From NCBI GenBank assembly GCA_030147645.1, contig JASBUY010000230.1, positions 1 to 36,509 on the forward strand: a DNA stretch of 36,509 nucleotides, written 5' to 3'. Source of the DNA: Aquabacter sp. (GTDB taxonomy: Bacteria; Pseudomonadota; Alphaproteobacteria; Rhizobiales; Xanthobacteraceae). Below are positions 19,995 through 27,713 of this stretch, one piece after another (position 1 is the stretch's first letter; each line of letters starts with the position of its first letter). The notes below the pieces were generated by a model. That model made no database searches and was not told the DNA's origin. It worked only from the letters and a program-made list of their open reading frames with translations. A program made the position numbers and the translations under genes.

Positions 19995-20546
19995 ATGACC
20001 AAGCCCGCCGCCCGCAATGACGCTCCCGCCGCACCGGTGAAGCCGGTGGGCTCCATCGTCTCCTCCGCGCATCTGGCGGACGGCGCGCTGCCGGCCCTGT
20101 CCGAACTGGAAGTCGGCCTCAACATGATCGGCCATGCCTATCATCGCTGGATGATCCGCTGCATGGCGGCGGCCGGCGTGCCGGACCTTTCGGCATTGGA
20201 TGTATTGGTGCTCCACCATGTGGTGCATCGCCAGCGGCCCAAGACCATCGCGGATCTGTGCCTCGTCCTCGACGTGGAGGACACCCACCTCATCACCTAT
20301 GCGGCCAAGAAGCTGCAGGCGCTCGGCCTCGTCAGCGCCGGGCGGCGCGGCAAGGAAAAGACGCTGACCGTCACCGAGGCGGGCCGCGCCGCCTGCGCGC
20401 GCTATCGCGAGGTGCGCGAGGCGCTGCTGACCCAGGCCGTGGTCGGCACCGGCATCGCGCCCGAGCGCCTGTCCGAGGTGGCCGCCGTGCTGCGCACCCT
20501 CTCCGGCCATTACGACCAGGCCGCCCGCGCCGCCGCGAGCCTTTGA
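19995..20546 (+). CDS. MarR-family winged-helix transcriptional regulator
   Basis: IVSSAHLA...LSELEVGL...WMIRCM...LDVLVLHHV...KTIADLCLVLDVEDTHLITYAAKKLQALGLV. MarR-like wHTH, adjacent to the TRAP genes. Confidence 0.85.
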   Translation: MTKPAARNDAPAAPVKPVGSIVSSAHLADGALPALSELEVGLNMIGHAYHRWMIRCMAAAGVPDLSALDVLVLHHVVHRQRPKTIADLCLVLDVEDTHLITYAAKKLQALGLVSAGRRGKEKTLTVTEAGRAACARYREVREALLTQAVVGTGIAPERLSEVAAVLRTLSGHYDQAARAAASL

Positions 20547-20624
20547 CACACCCTCACCTTCGCCCAATTCCGCGCCCGGCATGACGCGGGACCTTGGGCG
20601 GTCTATCCTGCGGATGCGGCAGCG

Positions 20625-21731
20625 ATGGAATGCGCCATGTGGCTCGACGCGCGGGTTCCGTTTCGGGACGGCCCGGCTCCCGACGTGCGGGGCCTGGCTT
20701 TCCGCGCCTTCTGCCTGACCGGTGCGAAGGTCGGCGCGGAGGTTCGGTCCGTCGAGGAGAGCATCGCCGGTCATCTCCCCTTCGCCCAGTTGCGCCGCTT
20801 CCGCCGCGCGGGCGACCCGCGCCGCGTCCTGGTGGTGGCGCCGCTCGCCGGGGGATTTCCCATCCTGATGCGCGATCTGGTGGCCGGTCTGCTGCGCCAT
20901 TCCAGCGAGGTCGCCGTCACCGACTGGCCGGATCCGCGTCATGTGCCCGCAAGGAGCGGCTTCACCTTCGAGGACAATTGCCTGGAGACCGCGCGCATGA
21001 TGCGGGCCTGCGGGCCGGGGGTCCATGTGGTGGGAGTCTGCCAGGGCGTGGTCCCCGCCTTGTGCGCGGCCCTACTGCTGGCGGAGCAGGGCGAAACGCC
21101 CGCGAGCCTGACCTTGCTGGGCGGACCGGTCGATCCGACCTGCAACCCGACCCATCTCGACCAGGTTTTGACGCGGGGCACTCTTGCCGATTTCGAGGCG
21201 CTGATGGAGCGCGTCCCGCCGCCCTTCGACGGGGCGGAGCGGCTGGTCTTCCCGCGACGGCGGCAGATGCAGGCCTTCGCGCTCTATCTGTGGCGGCAGG
21301 GCCTGGCGGGCGAGGAACTGCCCTTCATGATGATGGCGGACCAGGGCGAAGACCCGGTGCTTTTCCCCCTGGCGCGGCTTTGCTGGGACATGATGGACAT
21401 CCCGGCCGAGTTCTTCCTCAGCCACTTGGAGGCGGTGTTCCGCCGCTGCGCGCTCGCCGCCGGGACCCTGGAGATCGCCGGCCGCCGCGTCCGCCCCGAG
21501 GCCCTCACGCAGTGCGCGCTGCTGACCGGCGAGGCCGAGCGGGACGACATTTCCGCGCCGGGCCAGACCCGGGCGGCCCATGACCTGTGCCGCGCGCTAT
21601 CGCGGGACCTGACGCGGCACGTACTGGTGCCGAATGCGGGGCATTTCTCGCTGTTCTACGGCAAAACCATGCGCGACCGGGTGCTGCCCGCCATCGCGCA
21701 GACCTTCGAGCGGGGCGAAGCGCACAGCTAG
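20625..21731 (+). CDS. Divergent intracellular PHB depolymerase-like (PhaZ-type) alpha/beta hydrolase
   Basis: VLVVAPLAG, VTDW, VVGVCQG (Cys nucleophile), SLTLLGGPVD, MDIPAEFFL, EAERDDISAPGQT and GHFSLF. Matches the PhaZa1-type motif layout. Confidence 0.8.
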   Translation: MECAMWLDARVPFRDGPAPDVRGLAFRAFCLTGAKVGAEVRSVEESIAGHLPFAQLRRFRRAGDPRRVLVVAPLAGGFPILMRDLVAGLLRHSSEVAVTDWPDPRHVPARSGFTFEDNCLETARMMRACGPGVHVVGVCQGVVPALCAALLLAEQGETPASLTLLGGPVDPTCNPTHLDQVLTRGTLADFEALMERVPPPFDGAERLVFPRRRQMQAFALYLWRQGLAGEELPFMMMADQGEDPVLFPLARLCWDMMDIPAEFFLSHLEAVFRRCALAAGTLEIAGRRVRPEALTQCALLTGEAERDDISAPGQTRAAHDLCRALSRDLTRHVLVPNAGHFSLFYGKTMRDRVLPAIAQTFERGEAHS

Positions 21732-21844
21732 AGCATGCGCCGATCAGCCTGCACCGCAGGCTGATCGGATCACGCATTCTCTATCAAAGAGTTAGAGGGC
21801 GATTTACCGATCAGATTGTTTCAATCAGATCGGATCGCGCTCTA
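21729..21844. repeat. 116-bp double-hairpin intergenic element (RIME/BRU-RS/MITE-like), copy 2
   Basis: CTAGAGC...GCTCTAG termini, same length and architecture as 11483-11598. Its first TAG is the stop codon of the PhaZ-like gene. Confidence 0.9.
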
Positions 21845-21916
21845 GCGCGTTGGCTTAGCGGACGTCCTTCACGCGAACCGGCGGCGGCATCGCGCGCAAA
21901 GGGGCTGATGTGGCCC

Positions 21917-22645
21917 TCAGCGCAGGGCAGCGGGCTGGGACACCGCCTGCACCGCCGCGCTGCTGTCCGGCGTCGCCGAGACCGGCGTCGCGGTCGGGGG
22001 CGCCGACACCGACGGCGCGGGGGTGGGCGCGGTCGGGCGGGGCTTGCGGGTCACCGCCATCACGTCCTTGATCACCTCCGCATGGAGGCTGTCCGCCTTC
22101 TCGATATTGAAGTGGTCGATGGAGCCCACATTGTCGAGATTGCGGTTGACGATGGTGCCTTTGAAGCCGCGCGCGGCCACGAGCCGCTTACCGAAGCCGT
22201 TGTTCGACTGGTAATAATTGATGAAACGCCCGCCGCTGGCGCCCACTTCCGTCACGCCCACGGGATCGAACGTTATGACGAGACGCGGAGCCGTGCCGAG
22301 CGACGTCATGCGCTCCGCCATCTCCACCGCCGCGTCGGCCCCGAGCGAATGGCCGATAATGACGATGGGCGCGCGCCCACGCGACTTCGACCATGCCACC
22401 GCGTCCGAGGCGAGCACCTGCCACTGGCCGTATTCATAGACCTGCGCGTCAATGCCGCGCTGGCGCAGCTTCTCCGCCAGCGTGTCCATGCCGAGCGAGA
22501 AGATGTTGGCGAGGCCGCGCATCAGATAGACGCGCCCGACATATTGGGACGAGGACCCGCTCTGGGCCTGTGCCGTCTGGAGGGGCGTGACCAGAAGAAG
22601 AAGAGCCCCGAGGAGTACCCAAACGAACCGAACACCAGCCGTCAT
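21917..22645 (-). CDS. Secreted small alpha/beta-hydrolase-like protein with a Pro/Thr/Ser-rich tail
   Basis: Signal peptide MTAGVRFVWVLLGALLLLVTPLQTAQA|Q, VYLMRGL, IIGHSLGA nucleophile elbow, ITFDP and DHFNI. C-terminal PTAPTPAPSVSAPPTATP. Confidence 0.75.
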   Translation of the reverse strand: MTAGVRFVWVLLGALLLLVTPLQTAQAQSGSSSQYVGRVYLMRGLANIFSLGMDTLAEKLRQRGIDAQVYEYGQWQVLASDAVAWSKSRGRAPIVIIGHSLGADAAVEMAERMTSLGTAPRLVITFDPVGVTEVGASGGRFINYYQSNNGFGKRLVAARGFKGTIVNRNLDNVGSIDHFNIEKADSLHAEVIKDVMAVTRKPRPTAPTPAPSVSAPPTATPVSATPDSSAAVQAVSQPAALR

Positions 22646-22790
22646 GATCTCACCGCCCGTTTCCTGTCCTCTTCTGCCCAACATCGGGTGAGCCGGCAAC
22701 ACGCAGGCGCGCGCTTGGTTGCACGCCCCAGGTCATGCCTCGACGGATTTTGGGCGCGCGTTGCCCCTTTGCATCACCCCGGCGCGTGCA

Positions 22791-23468
22791 TCACACGCCA
22801 CCTACCAGCAGAATGTGCAGGCTGCGCGGCCCGTGCGCACCGAGCAGCAGCGTCTGCTCGATGTCGGCAGAGCGCGAGGGACCGGTGATCCAGTTCACCG
22901 TTCGCGGCATGGTGCCGGGACCATAGGCGGCGCGCAGCCGGTCCCAGGCCTCTTCATATGTTCCCACCACGTCCCGCGCCCGCACCAGGATGAGATGGTG
23001 GTCGGGCAGCAGGTTCAGCGTGGAGGGATTGTCGGGTCCGGACACCATGATGGCCGTTCCCGATTCCGCAACACCCGCAAAGGCGTGCGAGAGCCCTGCC
23101 AGTTGCTTGCCGTCGGAGGGGCCGATCCACACGTCGAGGGTCGGCTCACTGCTCCAGGGCAGATCAGCGAGCCGCGCATCCTGGCCGCGCAGGACCGAGA
23201 GCGGCAGGTTGCGGGCGCGCAGATAGGCGGCCACCGCGCCGGGCACCTCGCTCGGGTCGGCCAGATGGTCGATGCTGCCCGCCGCCCCCACCACCATCCG
23301 CTTGAACAATTCGATCTGCTCGGCATGGGGCAGGTCGGCGCGGGCGGGAATGATGCCGCGCGGATGCCCGGCGATGCGGTCGGCCACTTCCTGGCGGCGC
23401 GGTGCCTCCTGGCCGGAGACGCCCAGAGCGCGGCGGACAGAGGCGAGGACGGTGTCGCGGGAACTCAT
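22791..23468 (-). CDS. lutC: Lactate utilization protein C (LUD domain)
   Basis: GVAESGT, LNLLPDHH and WITGPSRSADIEQTLLLGAHGP. ATGA coupling with lutB; the true start lies inside the longer ORF-track call. Confidence 0.9.
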   Translation of the reverse strand: MSSRDTVLASVRRALGVSGQEAPRRQEVADRIAGHPRGIIPARADLPHAEQIELFKRMVVGAAGSIDHLADPSEVPGAVAAYLRARNLPLSVLRGQDARLADLPWSSEPTLDVWIGPSDGKQLAGLSHAFAGVAESGTAIMVSGPDNPSTLNLLPDHHLILVRARDVVGTYEEAWDRLRAAYGPGTMPRTVNWITGPSRSADIEQTLLLGAHGPRSLHILLVGGV

Positions 23469-24898
23469 GACGCTCTCCCGGATTTGCGGGCCTTCCACTG
23501 CGCCTGGAAGGTGCCGCCCTGGGGCGCGGGGAAGTCGCGCACCTTGGTCCAGCCGCCGGCGAGCGGCAGCGAGGCGAACCGGCCTTTCGCCCGGCCCGCC
23601 ATGGCCAGCAGGCGCATGGCAAGGTCGGTGGCCGGGCGGTAGAGCCAGCCGCGCCGCGCCACGAACGACCAGATGCCGAGCCCGTAGCGCACGGGAGCGG
23701 GGGTCAGATGCCGCTCGAATTCCTTCTCGCGCCAATGCCGCATCAGCTTGGGCAGCGGGATGCGCACCGGACACACTTCCTCGCACCGCCCGCAGAAGGT
23801 GGAGGCATTGGGCAGGTTCGCGCCCTTCTCGATGCCGATCAGGGAGGGCGTGAGCACTGCGCCCATGGGGCCGGGATAGACCCAGCCGTAAGCGTGCCCG
23901 CCGACCGCATGATAAACGGGGCAATGATTCATGCAGGCGCCGCAGCGGATGCAGCGTAACATCTCGCGCAACTGCCCCGCGAGCATGGCCGAGCGGCCAT
24001 TGTCCAAGATGACGACGTGATATTCGCCGGGTCCGTCCAAATCCTGCGGCCGGCGCGGGCCGGTGGAGAAGGTGGTGTAGACGCTCATTTCCTGGCCGGT
24101 GGCCGAGCGCGCGAGCACGCGCAGCAATTGGCTCACATCCTCCAGGGTGGGAACGAGCTTCTCCAGCGAGGCGAGCACGATATGCGTGCCAGGCAGGGTC
24201 TGGGTGAGGTCGCCATTGCCCTCATTGGTGACGATGATGGAGGTGCCGGTTTCCGCCACCAGGAAATTGGCACCGGTGATGCCCACATCCGCCGCGAGGA
24301 ACTTCGCCCGCAATTCGCCCCGCGCCTCGGCGAGCAGGGCGGTCGGCTCGGTCAGGTTGCGCTCGGGCGGCAGATGAGTGTGCACGCGGCGGAAGTCCGC
24401 CTCCACCTGATCCTTATTGAGATGGATGGCGGGCGCGATGATGTGGGACGGCGCCTCGCCCCGGATCTGGATCAGATATTCGCCAAGATCGGTCTCCACC
24501 GGCTCGATGCCGCAGGCCACCAGATGGTCGTTGAGCCCGATCTCCTCGGAGACCATGCTCTTGCCCTTGGTCACGGTCTTCGCCCCGCGATCCCGGCAGA
24601 TCCGGGTCACGATCTCGCGGGCTTCGGCCGCGTCCACGGCGAAATGGACGTGTCCGCCGGCCTCCTTCACCTTCGCCTCGAACCGCTCCAGATAGAGATC
24701 GAGATGGGCGAGGGTGTGGTTCTTGATGTCCCGCGCGGAATCGCGGAGCGCATCGAATTCCGGCAGCAGGTCGCGAGCCGCCGTGCGCCGGCCGATGAAG
24801 CCGGGGCCGACCTTCGAGAGTGCGGCCTGGAGCGGCGCGTCGTCCAAGGCGTGGCGGGCATTGTCCTTGAAGCGGGGAGACGTGATCTGAACGCTCAT
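23465..24898 (-). CDS. lutB: Lactate utilization Fe-S protein B (LutB/LldF)
   Basis: KGKSMVSEE, ETDLGEY, PSHIIAPAIH, TNEGNG, CIRCGACMNHCP and STFCGRCEEVCP. Confidence 0.95.
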   Translation of the reverse strand: MSVQITSPRFKDNARHALDDAPLQAALSKVGPGFIGRRTAARDLLPEFDALRDSARDIKNHTLAHLDLYLERFEAKVKEAGGHVHFAVDAAEAREIVTRICRDRGAKTVTKGKSMVSEEIGLNDHLVACGIEPVETDLGEYLIQIRGEAPSHIIAPAIHLNKDQVEADFRRVHTHLPPERNLTEPTALLAEARGELRAKFLAADVGITGANFLVAETGTSIIVTNEGNGDLTQTLPGTHIVLASLEKLVPTLEDVSQLLRVLARSATGQEMSVYTTFSTGPRRPQDLDGPGEYHVVILDNGRSAMLAGQLREMLRCIRCGACMNHCPVYHAVGGHAYGWVYPGPMGAVLTPSLIGIEKGANLPNASTFCGRCEEVCPVRIPLPKLMRHWREKEFERHLTPAPVRYGLGIWSFVARRGWLYRPATDLAMRLLAMAGRAKGRFASLPLAGGWTKVRDFPAPQGGTFQAQWKARKSGRAS

Positions 24899-25680
24899 GA
24901 GCCCGCCTTTCGCGCGACGCCGATGGCGGGATCATCGCCCTGCCCGGCCAGTATCTCGGCCACGTGGCGCACGGCCACGTCCTTGCCCATGCGCTGGAGC
25001 TTGCCGGCCATGTTCATCAGGCAGCCGAGATCGCCGGCGAGCAGCGTGTCGGCGCCACTCGCCAGAATGTTCGCGGCCTTCTTCTCGACAATGGCGCCAG
25101 ACACGTCGGGATATTTCACGCAGAAGGTGCCGCCGAAGCCGCAGCACACATCGGCATCGGGCATCTCGGAAAGTTCGAGCCCTTCGACCGATCCCAGCAG
25201 GAGGCGCGGCTGCGCTTTGATGCCGAGTTCGCGCAGGCCAGAACAGCTGTCGTGATAGGTGACTCGCCCGTCATAGCGTGCCGCGACCTGCGTCATGCCC
25301 CGCACATCCACCAGGAAGGACACGAGTTCGAACACCTTCGCGCAGAAGCGCTCAACGCGCGGCATCCAGTCCGGCTCGCCCACGAACAATTCGGGATAAT
25401 GGGTCTTGATCATGCCGGCGCAGGAGCCTGACGGCACCACCACATAATCGAAGGTCTCGAAGGCGGCGATGGTCTGCTCGGCCAGGGCCCGCGTGGTGAC
25501 GCGGTCGCCGGAATTGAAGGCCGGCTGGCCGCAGCAGGTCTGGCGCGGCACCTCGACCTCGCAGCCGGCCGCCTCGATCAAGGTGGCAGCGGCAAAGCCG
25601 ACGCTCGGACGGATGGTATCGACGAGGCAGGTGGCGAACAGGCCCACCAGGGGCGGCCGCTGAGCGGAGGGTGATGGCAT
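24895..25680 (-). CDS. lutA: Lactate utilization protein A (CCG-domain Fe-S protein)
   Basis: LFATCLVD, QTCCGQP, PSGSCAG, YHDSC, CCGFGGTF and DLGCLMN. Confidence 0.93.
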   Translation of the reverse strand: MPSPSAQRPPLVGLFATCLVDTIRPSVGFAAATLIEAAGCEVEVPRQTCCGQPAFNSGDRVTTRALAEQTIAAFETFDYVVVPSGSCAGMIKTHYPELFVGEPDWMPRVERFCAKVFELVSFLVDVRGMTQVAARYDGRVTYHDSCSGLRELGIKAQPRLLLGSVEGLELSEMPDADVCCGFGGTFCVKYPDVSGAIVEKKAANILASGADTLLAGDLGCLMNMAGKLQRMGKDVAVRHVAEILAGQGDDPAIGVARKAGS

Positions 25681-25839
25681 CGGTCTGGCGTCTTTTATGC
25701 GGCTCGCTGGCGTGGAGCCTTCACGGCCGGGCCGCGCAACGCGGCGCCGTCCTTGGTCCGACCTATAACATGGAGCGGTTCAAAAGAAACGCGCGGGCCC
25801 TTCGAGCCTGATTTGTCGATAGAGACCTTTCATGCCGAT

Positions 25840-26379
25840 CTAGGGATCGATGCGCACGCGCGTTCCGGGACGCAGGCGCGCCACAAGGCGGCGCAATTCC
25901 GCCTTGGGCATGGCCACGCACCCTTCGGTCGGCGTCAGCCCTCCGCGGGCGACATGGATGAAGACCGCCGAGCCCCGCCCCTTCGTGCGGGGGCGCTGGT
26001 TGTGGTCGATGACGACCACCAGATCATAGAGCGCATCGTCCCGGCACAGGCGCTCGTGGCTCGCGGCAAAGGGCAACCGCACCGGGCGGTTATAATTGCG
26101 GTGCGCGGGGTCGTCGCACCAGCCATCGGCCGGCCCGATGGGATGGGCGGGAAGAGCGGTGCGCGGGCGCGGCCCGTGGTCGGCGCGATAGAGCAGGCGC
26201 TGTACGCGCCAGGTACCCGCCGGGGTACGCCCATCGCCCTCCCTTTTGTCGAAGGCAATGCCCGAACGCCCGAGCGCCACGGGAAAGGTGCGGCCCGCGA
26301 CCGTCAGCAGGCCGCGATGCGGGGCGCCTGGCCGGCGACGGACCCGCAAAAGTGCGCTTCCCACAGGAGTGTGATCCAT
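25840..26379 (-). CDS. YkuD-like L,D-transpeptidase family protein, no obvious signal peptide
   Basis: ALGRSG...KREGDGRTPAG, WCDDP...YNRP and GSAVFIH...PTEGCVA (His/Cys). Start at 26379 or 26400. Confidence 0.85.
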   Translation of the reverse strand: MDHTPVGSALLRVRRRPGAPHRGLLTVAGRTFPVALGRSGIAFDKREGDGRTPAGTWRVQRLLYRADHGPRPRTALPAHPIGPADGWCDDPAHRNYNRPVRLPFAASHERLCRDDALYDLVVVIDHNQRPRTKGRGSAVFIHVARGGLTPTEGCVAMPKAELRRLVARLRPGTRVRIDP

Positions 26380-26492
26380 GACTCCCCACAATTTTACCAT
26401 CAGAGAGTGAATTCCTTACGGAAATTTGCACCAATGGCCCCTCATGCTGTACTTGCGCGATTCGCCTGTCCGCAAGGGCAACGGAGGGATTG

Positions 26493-27179
26493 ATGACCAA
26501 TGCGTGGAAAATCCTGGTGGTCGAGGACGACCCGGAGCTGCGCGAGGCGTTGGTCGAACAACTCGCCTTGCAGGACGAGTTCGAGCCGATCCCCGTGGGC
26601 AGCGCCGGCGAGGCCATCGAGAATGCCAAGAACGGCGCCATCGACCTCGTGATCATGGATGTGGGTCTGCCCGACATGGACGGGCGAGACGGTGTGCGGC
26701 AGATGCGCGCCAACGGCTTCAAGGCCCCCATCATCATGCTGACCGCCCATGACACGGACAGCGACACGATCATGGGCCTGGAGGCCGGGGCCAACGACTA
26801 TATCCTGAAGCCCTTCCGCTTCGCGGTGCTGCTGGCCCGCCTGCGCGCCCAGATGCGCAGCCATGAGGCGAGCGAGGACGCGGTCTTCGCCATCGGCCCC
26901 TACAGCTTCCGCCCCGGTGCGAAGCTGCTGGTGACGGACCGCGGCTCGAAGATCCGCCTCACCGAAAAGGAGACGGCGATCCTGCGCTATCTCTACCGGG
27001 CGGGCAAAAACCCGGTGGCCCGCGAGACGCTGCTTCAGGAAGTGTGGGGCTACAATTCCGGCGTGACCACCCACACGCTGGAGACCCATATCTACCGGCT
27101 GCGCCAGAAGATCGAGCCGGACCCCTCCGCTCCAACCCTGCTCGCCACCCAGGCGGGCGGCTACAAGCTCGTCCCGTGA
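26493..27179 (+). CDS. cenR: OmpR-family response regulator, CenR/OtpR-like
   Basis: REC domain (VEDD, MDVGLPDMDG, LTA, KPF) plus wHTH LTEKETAILRYL...VWGYNSGVTTHTLETHIYRLRQKIE. A downstream cNMP-binding gene matches my recollection of the Brucella otpR/cenR locus. Confidence 0.8.
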   Translation: MTNAWKILVVEDDPELREALVEQLALQDEFEPIPVGSAGEAIENAKNGAIDLVIMDVGLPDMDGRDGVRQMRANGFKAPIIMLTAHDTDSDTIMGLEAGANDYILKPFRFAVLLARLRAQMRSHEASEDAVFAIGPYSFRPGAKLLVTDRGSKIRLTEKETAILRYLYRAGKNPVARETLLQEVWGYNSGVTTHTLETHIYRLRQKIEPDPSAPTLLATQAGGYKLVP

Positions 27180-27201
27180 CCGGCGCGGGGGGCCTTCCAG
27201 C

Positions 27202-27675
27202 GTGAGCGATCCCAGCGCCGCGATCCTGCGCGAGGTGCCGGCCTTCGAGGCGCTTCCCGACGCGGCCCTGCAGGCTCTCTTCGCGGACGGGGAAGCGGTG
27301 ACGCTGAGGACCGGGGAGACATTGTTCAAAACCGGAGAGACGGCAGAGGGCGGGCATGTGCTGCTCGCTGGACGGCTGGAGCTGTTCCTGGAGCAGGGCG
27401 CGCGCCGCAAGCGGCTGTGCGAGGTGCTGCCAGGCGCGCTGCTCGGAGAAAAAGGGCTGCTGATCGCAGCGACGCGCCCCTGCGGGGCCCGGGCATTGGA
27501 ATCCGCGCGGCTTCTCTATATTCCCCGTCCACTGTTCCTGGCGGTGTTGGCAGATTTCCCGCAGGCCGCGCAGGCCCTGCGGGACCAATTCGCGGCGCGG
27601 CTCGCCGACACGATCGGGGCGCTCGATGCGTTCCGTGCCGAGAAGCTCTCAGGCCCGCCCCCCGGCCGGCGCTGA
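27202..27675 (+). CDS. Stand-alone cyclic nucleotide-binding domain protein
   Basis: VPAFEAL...GETLFKTGE...VLLAGRL...PGALLGE...TRPCGARA. 157 aa with no CRP-type HTH. GTG start. Confidence 0.82.
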   Translation: MSDPSAAILREVPAFEALPDAALQALFADGEAVTLRTGETLFKTGETAEGGHVLLAGRLELFLEQGARRKRLCEVLPGALLGEKGLLIAATRPCGARALESARLLYIPRPLFLAVLADFPQAAQALRDQFAARLADTIGALDAFRAEKLSGPPPGRR

Positions 27676-27679
27676 TCCC

Positions 27680-27713
27680 TGCGTCACAGATCGAACTTGC
27701 GTCACAGATCGAA
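27680..27713. repeat. 16-bp direct repeat duplicating the xth 3' end
   Basis: TGCGTCACAGATCGAA at 27680-27695 and 27698-27713 (period 18). Confidence 0.85.

Noticed and set aside
10357-26421. CCTTACG heptamer upstream of galE (10361), the transglycosylase (11444) and cenR (26415)
   Set aside because: Only 7 bp, it also occurs in coding sequence (~3767), and the flanks do not agree. Insufficient without enrichment statistics.
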